DNA of 64,000 nucleotides from a virus. The DNA is taken from positions 5,100 through 69,099 of IMG/VR virus record IMGVR_UViG_3300045921_000267. The stretch is one strand, 5' to 3'. Shown piece after piece: positions 45,180 to 55,172 of this stretch (the first letter of the stretch is position 1; every line of letters starts with the position of its first letter). The notes below the pieces were generated by a model. It saw only the letters and a program-made list of their open reading frames with translations. It was not told where the DNA came from and searched no databases. The position numbers were made by a program, and so were the translations under genes.

Positions 45180-48100
45180 GCATCTCCTTTGAACTTCGAG
45201 AACGGGATGAAGAAGCGCGAGAAGCTCTTCTGCGTCATCGCGGCCTTCTTCGCGGCACGCGTAGCGGCAGCCTTCTTCGCCGCCTCCTTCCGCTTCTTCG
45301 CATCCCTCTTCGCCTTCTGCGCCTCGAACTTCACCTTCATAGCGGCCATCTTCGCGGCCAGCTTCTCCCGCTTCGCCTTCCAGCGAGCAAGCATCTCCGC
45401 TTGCTTTTGCTGCCTCTTCGAGAGCGGAACTGCCTCGACGATCTCGCTCTTTGCGGTTGGCACCGCCGGAGGCTGGGGTGCTTCCGCTGCGGGCTTGCGC
45501 TCGCGCGGCGGCGCGCTCGGAAGCTGCGACATCGCGGCGAGCGAATGGCCCGTCGTCGGCAGGAAGTCGTACTGCGTCTCCACGGGCACGCCATCCTGCA
45601 CCGTCTTCATGAAGAACTCGAAGGGCACCTGCTTTGCGCGACCCTGCGTGAGCTGCGAGAGTTCCGCTTTGCTGGGTACCTCAGGCACGACATCGCCAGT
45701 CGGCACGCGGATCTTCTTCTTCTCGCCCGTGTTGGGGTCGGTGATCTGCACCGTCCTGAAGACGGGCATGTTCACCGACGTGGTGAGCCGCTTCACGTTC
45801 ACGAGGTACTTCCTCGACTTCAGGATCTCTCGCTCGAACGGTGAGAGATGCTTTTCGAGGATCTCATTCATGATGTCAGCGTTCGTGATCTCCGCAGGCT
45901 TGATCTGCCGTTCGATGACGCGCACAGCGCCAGTGACCGGATCGACGCGCTCGACGGGTTCGAGCTTGCGCCCGTACTGACGCAGTTGATCGCGCACCTT
46001 CGGACGCATCTCCGCGATCTTCGAGAACGCGCGATGCGCGAAGAATGCCTCGGCTGCGACCACGGGGTTGAAGCCCATGCTCATCGCCTGCGACTTCTCC
46101 GCTTCGTCGAGCGCCTCCCACGCTTCGTGAATGATGCTCATCGCGCTTTCCATGCCGGAGTACTCGGCGAGCCCGTTCTTCGCTTCGATCTCGCGCACGA
46201 TCTCGCCGAGGCGATCGAAGACGGGCTTCGCCTTGTCCGGGATGATGGCGTCGAGCATGCGCGCGGCGCGCGTGATCCGCTGCCACTCTTGCATGGGCGA
46301 GTGCAGCGAGTCGTACATCACGAGTTCACTTGCGTTGCCCCAGTTGAGCCCGACCTGCGCAGCATCCGACGCGATCATCATCTTGCAGTTGTTGAAGACG
46401 TCGATCTGGTGCGTCGAGAGCGGCGCACGATCGGTCACGTACTTCTGGAAGATGGCGTTCAGTTGCTTCGTGAATACATCCTTCTTCTCCAGTGGGGCGG
46501 CGTTGCGGCGCTGCTCCAGTTCCTGGATGAGCTTCCGATCCTTCGCGCTGATCTCGCTCTCGTAGACGTAGCCAAGGCGCGTCTCGTCACCGACGACGCG
46601 CGTGGTGACGCGCATGGGCACCTCGATGCCTCCCGTGCCGTCCGGGCCGGCGAAGAGACGACTGATGCGCTGGCGCTCCGCGCGAGACCAGCCCTCGAAG
46701 AACTCGCCAATCTTCGGCGGCTTGCCAACGCTACCGGTGAGCGTGCGGTGCACGAACATCGACGTCTCCGTGTCCTTCCCCATGTCGTCCTTGACCTTGC
46801 GGAAGATTTCGGAGTTCACATCGCGGTCACCAAGCGTCGCACCCTTGCCGAAGTAGGTGACGAAGTAGCCCATCTTCGGACGACGCTTCTTGTCCTCGTC
46901 GGACGAGTAGCCAGTATCCTCGTGCCCGAGCGCTTCGTTCACGTCCATGTAGCCCATCGATCGGAGCTTCGATTCCATCGTGCGGCACGACGAACCGATC
47001 CGGTTACCGAAGAGGATGAACTGCGCGTCGGGGTTGCCTCCCGTCGCGGTGTTCGTGCGCTCGCGGATGTAGCGTTCGAGTTCGTCGGCCTTCGCGTTGT
47101 TCGCAGTCATCGCCACGTCGAACATGGCGCGCTCGCGACGACGCAGCGGCGAGAGCTGAATGGAGAGCTTCGGATCCTTCGCCTTCTGCTGCTGGAGACC
47201 GGCCTTCTTCTTCTTGTCGCCTTCCGCTTCTTCGACGCTCTCATCGTCTTCTTCGTCGTCACCGCCCTCCGCATCGTCGGTGAACGTGCCGTTGAAGTCC
47301 CAATCGTCCTGGTGGTAGTAGAGACCCGCTGCCTTCTTCGACGGATCGCGGATGAACTTCGTGCCGATCGGTACTTCGATGCGCTCGCCGTTCCACTCCG
47401 CGACGAGAGGCTTCAGGTTGCCATCGGCGTCGAGGTACCCGCGCGCGATGCCGCCCTCAGGACCGTAGTCCGGGTTCGGGATCTTGCCCCACGACGTACC
47501 GTTGACGAAGCCCTTCTTGATGTCAGCGAGCAGCGCCTTGTCGATCTCGGTGCCTGCGAGCTTGTAGTAGTCGATGCCGAGGATCTGCGTAACGTAGAAC
47601 GAGAGCACCTCGAACTCACCCTCCGAGATGCGACCCTTCTCGACGTCCTTCGCGCTCGGCCACTTGCCGCCGAAGCCGTGCGGTGGCTTGCCCGTACATC
47701 GCTTGAAGTCGGGCAACATGAAAACACGCTCGACTTCCTTGATCTCCGTCTTGCCGGTCTTGCCCTTCTTCTCGGCGATCTTCTCGATGTACGTGACGAA
47801 CTCGCGCTGATCGGGGGGCTTGTAGCCCGGCGAGTTTGCGAATGCGCGTGCGACGTTGACCTTGCGACGCATGCCGCCAGAGAACGCAGCGGCTTCATCG
47901 GTGCCGAGCGCGCCCGCCTCTTCGAGCTTGATCATCTCTTGCTCGGTCATGGCGGCCATCGCCAGACGGTAGACTTTCTCCTGCATGCCCGTCATGTGAG
48001 CAGGCTGGTTCTCGTCGAGCAACACCGCAGGCATCGTCTTACCCTTCACGTCTTCCGTGAGAGCGACGTGCATGCGCGTCGCAAGGTACGACGCGAGTTC

Positions 48101-51100
48101 GGAGGCACGCTGCGGATTCAAATCCGTGCGCGGCGGATTCTTCGAGCCGTTCGCCACCATGACGGCACTCGGCGCGAGGTAGCGCTGCGAGAACTGCTTC
48201 TCGGTGCCGAACGGGCTCTTGCCGTTCGTGAGGAGATCGAAGTACCGCGGGATGGTGTTCAGGCGATTCGTGATCGGCGTCCCCGTGAGCAGCAGGAAGA
48301 GGTTCATGCTCGGGTTCCAACGCTCGACTGCGCGCGAGAGTTCGTTCTCGCGCGCGATCGCATGCGCCTCGTCCACGATGATCCCATCGAAGCCGCCATG
48401 CATGCGCAGGTCAGCCTCGTTGTCGCGAAAGTACTCGAACGGGATGATCACGACGTCGTTCTCTTTGTCGGCCTCGGGATCCCATCCGCTGGGGTTCTTC
48501 TTCAACCACTCGGCGCGGGCCTCAGCGACGCGTCGTGCATAGGCTTCCTCGCTCTCGCCATCCTTCTTCGGCGGCCAGTTCTTTGGCGAGAACGCCTGCA
48601 CGGCTCCGGCAAGCGTGTTCGCGCCGATGAGCGTCGCGCCCTTTTCCGTGAAGTCGATCGCGGCGCGCTGCCACTGCACCGCCGTGTTGAGCGGCACGAC
48701 GATCGCAACGCGCTTGCGCGGTGAGCCCTCGATGGGAGTGCCGTCGGGCTTCTTCGCGTTCTTCATCAGACGGATCGCGGCGAGTGCTGCGATCGTCTTG
48801 CCAGTGCCCATGAAGTGGGCCGCCATGCAGCGCCCCTCGGCACGTGCGCAAAGGCGGAGGAACTCCTCCTGATGCGAGCCGAGCTTGAAGCGCGATCCAT
48901 TCGCGAGGGTCGGCTTCAGTCCCTTCAGTAGCCCACCGTTCTCCTCGTCGGTGTTCACGCCGCCATCGGGGCTCGTGATCTGCGACGGCAGCACGACATC
49001 TCGCTGCTTCGCGCGTTCGACGTTGCGCTTCTCACTCCTCATGAGATCGTCGAGCAGTTGCTGCACGTACGAATCCATCACGAAGCCGCCGAACTCCTCA
49101 CGGAGCACGGAGATGTCGCGCAGGTCGATGAAGGGTCCCGTGTCGTCACTGCGCACCGCCGGGAAACGGCGGATCTCCTCAATCGAGATCGATCCATCGC
49201 TTGGGAGCTTCAGCCTCACGGTGCCGCCGCGGAGCTTGCCATCCGCGTCAAAGCGCAGATTGTCGCCGTAGAGCAGCAGGTGGTTCTTCATCGGCATGAC
49301 GTCGCGTCGTTGGCGCGTCACGTCATTGCGATCGACCGCGGTCGTGACCTTCTCCGCATCCTTTTCGCTGATGCGTGCGATCTTCGCGAGTCCGGTACCC
49401 TGCCCTTTCAGCGGTTGCACCTTGAACGTGCTCTTGCCCGGAATCTTCTCATCGTTCTCGTCGAAGGCATCCTGCACCTCGACGATCTCGCCGTAGACGA
49501 TCCGCTCACTCGTCGGGTCGCGGTACTTGATGAGAGCGCCCTGTCCGAACTCGATCGTGCGCGGCGGGATCTCGCGCACACCCTCGACGTTGATCTTGTT
49601 CTTCGAGTCGAGCAGCGAATCCACTCGCGCTTGCTCAACGCCAAGGATGCGATTCCAGTATTCGCCTGCGAGCAGCGGGTTGCCGCCGCCGTCGAACGTG
49701 ATCTTGATGTGCGCGTAGCTCGGGTTCTTGTCGGTGCCCGTCTGCACGGTGACCCACGTACTCGCCTGCGCCTTCGCAGCATCGCGCATGAGCCTCACGA
49801 GGTCACCCTCGTTGCGGATGCGCTCACCAAGCGGGTTGATGAGCTTGGCGAGCAACGGATCGGTGATCTGCCCTGCCTCGATCTTGCCGTTCTTGTGCAG
49901 AAGCATCTCGGCGGTCGTGCCAAGATCACGTGCGAGCTTCGCTGGCTCCAGTCGATCCCATCGAAGCTCGGGCCATGTACCCGTCGCGACCTTGCGGAGC
50001 TTGCCGCTCTTCGTGCGCTTCCACGCGAAGGGCTTCTCCTCAGGCGTCAGGCGCCCGTCAGGCTGGATGCGGTACCTGATCCACCGCTGCTCCGTCACAT
50101 CGACGCCAGATGACTCGCGACGCGTCACGGAGAGCGGCAACACGAACCTGCCGCCGGGCACGAAGGGCTCGCTCTCGTTGACGGTGATCTTCGTTTTCGT
50201 CCCGTCTGGATTCGGCATCTCGTAGACCGTCGCAGCACGCACGGGCTCGACCTTGCCGGTGATGGGGTCGTGCGCAGTGACGACGACGGGGCGCTTCAGC
50301 TTCTTGTCGTAGACGCGCTTCAGCAGCGGTTGCTTCTCCGCCTTGCGCAGTCCTTCGAACTTGAAGGTCGGCGTGAGAGCCTCGAACTCTTCGCGGCTCA
50401 TCTCCAGCGGAACCCACTCATGCCGGTCCTCGCGAAGCTCGGCGCTCGTCTTGCCCTTCTCGCGCAACTTGCGGACACGCTCGCGCTCTTTCTCTTGCGA
50501 TGCACGCGACTCACCGAGCTTCGCGAAGATGATACGACCAAGGTGCGACTGAAGTTCACCAGGCTCCCAGCCCACCACGTCGTCGCCGATCTTCTCGTTG
50601 AAGTCCTCGTCGTCTTGCCGGAGGTAGAGCAGCGCCTGATGCGGCGTCAGCGCGTTCCCGTTTTCATCGTATATCTCCTTGTAGACCTGCTGCGACTGGA
50701 AGCGCGCAGCGGTCGGCGAGTCGTAGACGGGAAGCTCGGTCTCGGGATCGATCGTCGGAGGCACCGGCTCCCATCCCGAAAGCTCTGCATCCTTGTCGGG
50801 CGGGCCGAGTCGGAAGAACACGGCGCGCCCCTTGTAGTGCACCGTGTAGAACTGATCCTTCTCGCTCCGGTAGGCGCCGACGTAGCTCGGTTGACCTTCG
50901 ATCTCGCGCTGCGCCGCGATGCGGCGCGCTGCTTTGCTCGCAGGCTTCAAGTCCCACCAGCGAAGCTCTTCATCCGGTACCTTCAGCATCTTGTCGAGCG
51001 AAGGGCCGGGGATGAGGCCGTGCTTGCGGAAGAACTCGTAGCGCGCGGGGCATTGACGAGCCATCTGCTTCGGTCGCGAGATCATGCACGCGACCGACTC

Positions 51101-51976
51101 CGCCCAGTCCTCCTTCTCGTTCGTGAACGCGTAGTCGGAGATGCGCTGCGGATCACGCAGCGAGAGTTCCTTCCACTCCTCCCATATCGCGCTCTTGCTG
51201 CTGATCAACGCGTCGTGCATCTGGTGCGCGAGTTCGTGCCACACGATCTCTTCCGCGATCGTGAAGCGCGATCCGAAGCGCGGACGCCCGACGGGCTCAG
51301 CCGTGAAGCCTGGCGGGCTACCGTGAGTGCCAGGAGTCCCATCGGCGAGTAGATGGACCTCGCCGGTCTGCCCATTCGACCATCCCGCGGGAGGCACCGT
51401 GCCGTGCTCGGCCCAAAGCGCCACTTCATCTGGATCGTTGCGCGTAGTGATGATGATCTTCTTCAGTTGATCGTCACCGATCAGCGCACGCATCGGCTCA
51501 GGCAGCATCTGGAACGCGCGGTAGACACGCGCGAGCGGGAAGCGCTCGATCTCCTCGTCCGGCTGCGCCTTCTCCTTCGCCGCGAACGAGGCGTGGAAGC
51601 GTCGCAAGAACTCGGGGTGCAGATGCACCTTCACGCCCTCGATTCCAAGAGCGCGCACGAGCGAGTCTTCCGTGACCTCGCTCGGCTTCACGCGATTCTT
51701 CGCGAGGTTCTTGAAGAGCTTGTGGATGTTCGAGGTCAGTTCGTGCTCGTGATGAGTTTCGATCGCCTCGGTACCCTCGACCTGCTTCTTCCCAGCCTCG
51801 CGCACCTTGTCGTCGGCGTAGTAGTAGCGGTAGACGATGCGCCCGTTACGGAAGCCGACGAACTCGCGCTTGATGTACTTGTGACCCGCCGACGGTCCTC
51901 GCGAGAAGCCGGTCGCAGTGGCCTTGACGAGTTCTTCGCTCACGCCGAGTCGGCGGATCGGGACCACGAACTTCAT
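45176..51976 (-). CDS. large polyvalent protein: zincin metallopeptidase plus SWI2/SNF2 ATPase (2266 aa)
   Basis: True start MKFVVP after GGAGGAG; WHELAH..ISDYAFTNEKEDWAES; AHFMGTGKT, IIVDEAH, LLTGTP, SDAAQVGLN, QRITRAAR. Confidence 0.88.
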   Translation of the reverse strand: MKFVVPIRRLGVSEELVKATATGFSRGPSAGHKYIKREFVGFRNGRIVYRYYYADDKVREAGKKQVEGTEAIETHHEHELTSNIHKLFKNLAKNRVKPSEVTEDSLVRALGIEGVKVHLHPEFLRRFHASFAAKEKAQPDEEIERFPLARVYRAFQMLPEPMRALIGDDQLKKIIITTRNDPDEVALWAEHGTVPPAGWSNGQTGEVHLLADGTPGTHGSPPGFTAEPVGRPRFGSRFTIAEEIVWHELAHQMHDALISSKSAIWEEWKELSLRDPQRISDYAFTNEKEDWAESVACMISRPKQMARQCPARYEFFRKHGLIPGPSLDKMLKVPDEELRWWDLKPASKAARRIAAQREIEGQPSYVGAYRSEKDQFYTVHYKGRAVFFRLGPPDKDAELSGWEPVPPTIDPETELPVYDSPTAARFQSQQVYKEIYDENGNALTPHQALLYLRQDDEDFNEKIGDDVVGWEPGELQSHLGRIIFAKLGESRASQEKERERVRKLREKGKTSAELREDRHEWVPLEMSREEFEALTPTFKFEGLRKAEKQPLLKRVYDKKLKRPVVVTAHDPITGKVEPVRAATVYEMPNPDGTKTKITVNESEPFVPGGRFVLPLSVTRRESSGVDVTEQRWIRYRIQPDGRLTPEEKPFAWKRTKSGKLRKVATGTWPELRWDRLEPAKLARDLGTTAEMLLHKNGKIEAGQITDPLLAKLINPLGERIRNEGDLVRLMRDAAKAQASTWVTVQTGTDKNPSYAHIKITFDGGGNPLLAGEYWNRILGVEQARVDSLLDSKNKINVEGVREIPPRTIEFGQGALIKYRDPTSERIVYGEIVEVQDAFDENDEKIPGKSTFKVQPLKGQGTGLAKIARISEKDAEKVTTAVDRNDVTRQRRDVMPMKNHLLLYGDNLRFDADGKLRGGTVRLKLPSDGSISIEEIRRFPAVRSDDTGPFIDLRDISVLREEFGGFVMDSYVQQLLDDLMRSEKRNVERAKQRDVVLPSQITSPDGGVNTDEENGGLLKGLKPTLANGSRFKLGSHQEEFLRLCARAEGRCMAAHFMGTGKTIAALAAIRLMKNAKKPDGTPIEGSPRKRVAIVVPLNTAVQWQRAAIDFTEKGATLIGANTLAGAVQAFSPKNWPPKKDGESEEAYARRVAEARAEWLKKNPSGWDPEADKENDVVIIPFEYFRDNEADLRMHGGFDGIIVDEAHAIARENELSRAVERWNPSMNLFLLLTGTPITNRLNTIPRYFDLLTNGKSPFGTEKQFSQRYLAPSAVMVANGSKNPPRTDLNPQRASELASYLATRMHVALTEDVKGKTMPAVLLDENQPAHMTGMQEKVYRLAMAAMTEQEMIKLEEAGALGTDEAAAFSGGMRRKVNVARAFANSPGYKPPDQREFVTYIEKIAEKKGKTGKTEIKEVERVFMLPDFKRCTGKPPHGFGGKWPSAKDVEKGRISEGEFEVLSFYVTQILGIDYYKLAGTEIDKALLADIKKGFVNGTSWGKIPNPDYGPEGGIARGYLDADGNLKPLVAEWNGERIEVPIGTKFIRDPSKKAAGLYYHQDDWDFNGTFTDDAEGGDDEEDDESVEEAEGDKKKKAGLQQQKAKDPKLSIQLSPLRRRERAMFDVAMTANNAKADELERYIRERTNTATGGNPDAQFILFGNRIGSSCRTMESKLRSMGYMDVNEALGHEDTGYSSDEDKKRRPKMGYFVTYFGKGATLGDRDVNSEIFRKVKDDMGKDTETSMFVHRTLTGSVGKPPKIGEFFEGWSRAERQRISRLFAGPDGTGGIEVPMRVTTRVVGDETRLGYVYESEISAKDRKLIQELEQRRNAAPLEKKDVFTKQLNAIFQKYVTDRAPLSTHQIDVFNNCKMMIASDAAQVGLNWGNASELVMYDSLHSPMQEWQRITRAARMLDAIIPDKAKPVFDRLGEIVREIEAKNGLAEYSGMESAMSIIHEAWEALDEAEKSQAMSMGFNPVVAAEAFFAHRAFSKIAEMRPKVRDQLRQYGRKLEPVERVDPVTGAVRVIERQIKPAEITNADIMNEILEKHLSPFEREILKSRKYLVNVKRLTTSVNMPVFRTVQITDPNTGEKKKIRVPTGDVVPEVPSKAELSQLTQGRAKQVPFEFFMKTVQDGVPVETQYDFLPTTGHSLAAMSQLPSAPPRERKPAAEAPQPPAVPTAKSEIVEAVPLSKRQQKQAEMLARWKAKREKLAAKMAAMKVKFEAQKAKRDAKKRKEAAKKAAATRAAKKAAMTQKSFSRFFIPFSKFKGDA

Positions 51977-51978
51977 TG

Positions 51979-52308
51979 TCACTCCTCCGAAGCGAGCAGA
52001 CAGAAGGGGTCGGGCAGCGAATGCACCGCAGCGACGAAGTGCTCCTCGGTGCCTGGCTCGTGCTCGACGAAGCCCTCCCATGTCTTGCCGTCGCGCGTGC
52101 CACCGGTACGCGCAGTGATCTTGCGGCCGAAGTGAGCAAAGAGATGCGAGCGCTCCACGTCGGTGAGCGGCTGCTTCACGTTCGAGAGTCCGATGCCGCC
52201 GTCCTCACGGCGGCGGATGTTGAACGCGAACTTTGCATCATCGCCGTCGATCCGGCCAACGTGATAGACGCGCTTCGCAGCCTTCTTCAGGTATTCACTC
52301 ATCTTCAT
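51979..52308 (-). CDS. hypothetical protein
   Basis: ATGA-coupled to the upstream gene; 109 aa. Confidence 0.65.
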   Translation of the reverse strand: MKMSEYLKKAAKRVYHVGRIDGDDAKFAFNIRRREDGGIGLSNVKQPLTDVERSHLFAHFGRKITARTGGTRDGKTWEGFVEHEPGTEEHFVAAVHSLPDPFCLLASEE

Positions 52309-55172
52309 TCTCCGAGACCCGAGAGAAGCTCCACCGTTCGACGTGCGATGGTCGGCGCGTCCGCGATCTGCTCTTCAGGAGCGACCAGCAACCGCATCGT
52401 ACGCGGGTAGTTGATGGCTTCTCGAAGCATGCCGCTCGTGAGCGTAGCATCGGCGCGCCGCTTTTCCGAAGCCCGCGACTTTTCCATCTCGCGGTCTTCG
52501 GCGCTACGTAGATCGCGCAGCGTGCGCACACGTACGTTGCGCTGCGCACCGGTCGCGAGATCGGTCATCGTCATCACCATCGAGCCGTATTCGAACCCGC
52601 GAGGCGGCGGCACGTCTACGGTGATCGTCTGCGTCATGAGCCTTCGCATCTCCGCAGTCTCAGGTGCGATGCGCGTCGCAATCTTCATGCGGATCTCGTC
52701 CTCGCTCATGCGATCGACGCGCCGATACGCTTCCTCCGCAGCGCGCAGTGCATGCTCGTGCTGAAGCGCATTCGGCCCGCTCGCCTGCGAAGCGCGATCA
52801 CGAGATCGCTCCACGAGACCGGCGAGACGTGCCTTCTCCTCGGCGCGGTACTCCGCGATTTGCTTCGGCGTGACGTCGGCAGCCCTCTTACGGATGATCT
52901 CGTGCCACGTCGGACCGGAAACGACGGGTACGGGCGGCGTGAGCTTCTCCGCGGCGCGCGTCATGAGCGTCTTCGCGTCGCGGTCCTGCACCTTCTCGCG
53001 TGCGACGTTGATCGCGCGCTCGATCATCTCGCTCACGATCTCTTCAGCGCGACGTTGTTCGAGCTTCTTCCCGTTCGCGTAGATGGGCACCTGCTTCGCG
53101 ATCTGCGAGGTGCTCATCTCGTCATCACCGTACAGTCCGAGGCGCAGCGCGAGCATCTCCCCCGCGTCGCCCTTGTACGTGATCTTCTTCCTCCCCTCGC
53201 TCGTGAACTCGAACTCCGAGAGGTCGCCAAGCGTGCGTTGCACTGCTTGGCGAATCGCGACGCGCTCCTCGGGTGAATAGCCGAGCCCCATCCCGAGGCC
53301 GGGTAGCGCGAACTTGTCCTCGTCGAAGAGGTCACGAGCGCTCGCCTGCCCCTTCAGGAACGAGTCGTAGAGATGCGCCCATTCGAGCTTGCCGGGATGC
53401 GTCACCGTATCGCGCTCGACGCTTGCTTCGGTCGCGCCGACCTTCTCGCCCGTGCCTCGCTGCACAACGCCCTGCGAGCCCTCACGCACTGCGACGATCG
53501 TGTAGCCGTGCACCGGCACCGGCTCGTTCGCCTGAGCACCGGTGAGGTGGGAGTGCAGATGCCTCTTCAGAAGCTTGAAGTACGGCATCACTTGCTCGGG
53601 CGTCGGGTCATCGACACCGAGCGCCTTCGCAGCTTGTGCGCGCGCAGCGACGTAGCGCGCGATGTTGCGCTGATGCCTCATGGGTAACGAGACGCCGCCA
53701 AGCCGTTCGCGTGCAGCAGCGATGCGCACGTGGTCGCGCACAAACTGCTGCGCATGCGGGGTGAACGCGTTCTTTGCATCGTAGCGCTCGATCGCGTCAA
53801 GCAACCCTTCGATGCCGGCTCGCTGAAGCTCGACGAGCGTGGTGTTCACGGCGCGTCCACCCCGCACACCCTTTTCGTACTGCATCTGGAGCGCGAACTG
53901 CTTCGCGATCTTCTTCGCCGTGCTCGCGATGAGCGGCTCGAACTCCTTCACGAGCAAGTTCTTGCCGTGGTCAGACACCGCGATCGCTTCCATCTTCGTT
54001 TTGCGCTTCGAGCCGTCCTCGTTGACCTCAAAGCGCTCGATGACGCGCATGGGATAGACGCCGTTCTCGATCGCGTAGAGACCCGGCTGCGTCTCCTTGT
54101 TCGCCGTCGAGCCCCCGAACACGGGAGCCGTCTTCCCGGCCGCTGGGCGCCCGCTGGAGGGCTTCTGGCGCGTTCCTCCCGTCGGAGTCCAGGCCGGCTT
54201 CGTCTCGGCCTCTGGCGCCTCCACGCGAGCCCTGCGCAGGGGGTCGTGATCGACGCTGAAGATTCGATTGTGCTGCATCATGATCTTCGCGCCGTCGTCC
54301 ACGGCGCGAAGGATCGCGAAGCCAGGGTTCGTAGGGTCTTCGGGAACCTCGATGGTGTAGAGCTTCGCGAAGCGTCCACCGACTTTCACCGGAGCGTGGG
54401 AGTGCGGATCGACACCACCTGCGATCCACGGCTTCATCTCACCGCCGCTCACGCGCCAGTGCCAGTGCGTCGGGTCCTTGTCGAAGTCCCCAGCACGGAA
54501 CTGCTCCTCACTGAAGCGCGTCGCCGTCTTCCACTCGTGCGCGACGTGCGATGCCTGCGGCTTCTCCTCTCCTGGATACCAGTACTCCCATCCCGATCCC
54601 TTGCGCCGGCGGAAGCCGTGCTTGTGTCCACCTGGGATGGGCATCCAGCCCGCGCCTTCTGGATGCGCGGCCTTCACGAGGTCGGCGAGCGTAAGGATGG
54701 AGCGCACGAGTTCGCCACGGTTTTCCTTCTTGAAGACCTTCGCCTTGAAGGCGTCGATGTGCATCTTCTTCATACCACCGAAGAAGCGCGCGTCGTCGTA
54801 GTGCGCGAGATACGCGGTTTTCGCCTTCTTCGCGCTCGTGAAGCCGAGCATGACCTTCTGCTCGTCCACCTCCGAGAAGTCAGGCTTCTTCATCTGCGTC
54901 ACGACGTAGACGCTCTCGCTCTCCGGGTGAGGCCCGATGTAGCAGTCCACGTGATCACCGTCGGTGCCTTCGGTGCCGCGGATGTAGCCGTAGTCGTAGA
55001 GCATGCGCGTCGAGCCGTTCTCCTTGGAGTGTGGGTCGTACCAGTGACGCACGGTACCTCGCGCGTTCTCGATGCTGATCTGCATCCCGTGCACTTCGGT
55101 GCGACCGTGGAGCTTGCGTGCCTTGCCGTAAAAGTCGGCGATGACGCTCGTCTTCGGGATCACGTACTTCAT
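52305..55172 (-). CDS. fusion of inorganic pyrophosphatase-like (InPase) domain and sigma-70-like factor
   Basis: ISIENARG..YGYIRGTEGTDGDHVDCYIG..DEQKVMLGF; region 2 ELQRAGIEGLLDAIERYD..FTPHA..VSLP; region 3 DPTPEQV; region 4 LALRLGL..MSTSQIA. Confidence 0.85.
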   Translation of the reverse strand: MKYVIPKTSVIADFYGKARKLHGRTEVHGMQISIENARGTVRHWYDPHSKENGSTRMLYDYGYIRGTEGTDGDHVDCYIGPHPESESVYVVTQMKKPDFSEVDEQKVMLGFTSAKKAKTAYLAHYDDARFFGGMKKMHIDAFKAKVFKKENRGELVRSILTLADLVKAAHPEGAGWMPIPGGHKHGFRRRKGSGWEYWYPGEEKPQASHVAHEWKTATRFSEEQFRAGDFDKDPTHWHWRVSGGEMKPWIAGGVDPHSHAPVKVGGRFAKLYTIEVPEDPTNPGFAILRAVDDGAKIMMQHNRIFSVDHDPLRRARVEAPEAETKPAWTPTGGTRQKPSSGRPAAGKTAPVFGGSTANKETQPGLYAIENGVYPMRVIERFEVNEDGSKRKTKMEAIAVSDHGKNLLVKEFEPLIASTAKKIAKQFALQMQYEKGVRGGRAVNTTLVELQRAGIEGLLDAIERYDAKNAFTPHAQQFVRDHVRIAAARERLGGVSLPMRHQRNIARYVAARAQAAKALGVDDPTPEQVMPYFKLLKRHLHSHLTGAQANEPVPVHGYTIVAVREGSQGVVQRGTGEKVGATEASVERDTVTHPGKLEWAHLYDSFLKGQASARDLFDEDKFALPGLGMGLGYSPEERVAIRQAVQRTLGDLSEFEFTSEGRKKITYKGDAGEMLALRLGLYGDDEMSTSQIAKQVPIYANGKKLEQRRAEEIVSEMIERAINVAREKVQDRDAKTLMTRAAEKLTPPVPVVSGPTWHEIIRKRAADVTPKQIAEYRAEEKARLAGLVERSRDRASQASGPNALQHEHALRAAEEAYRRVDRMSEDEIRMKIATRIAPETAEMRRLMTQTITVDVPPPRGFEYGSMVMTMTDLATGAQRNVRVRTLRDLRSAEDREMEKSRASEKRRADATLTSGMLREAINYPRTMRLLVAPEEQIADAPTIARRTVELLSGLGE

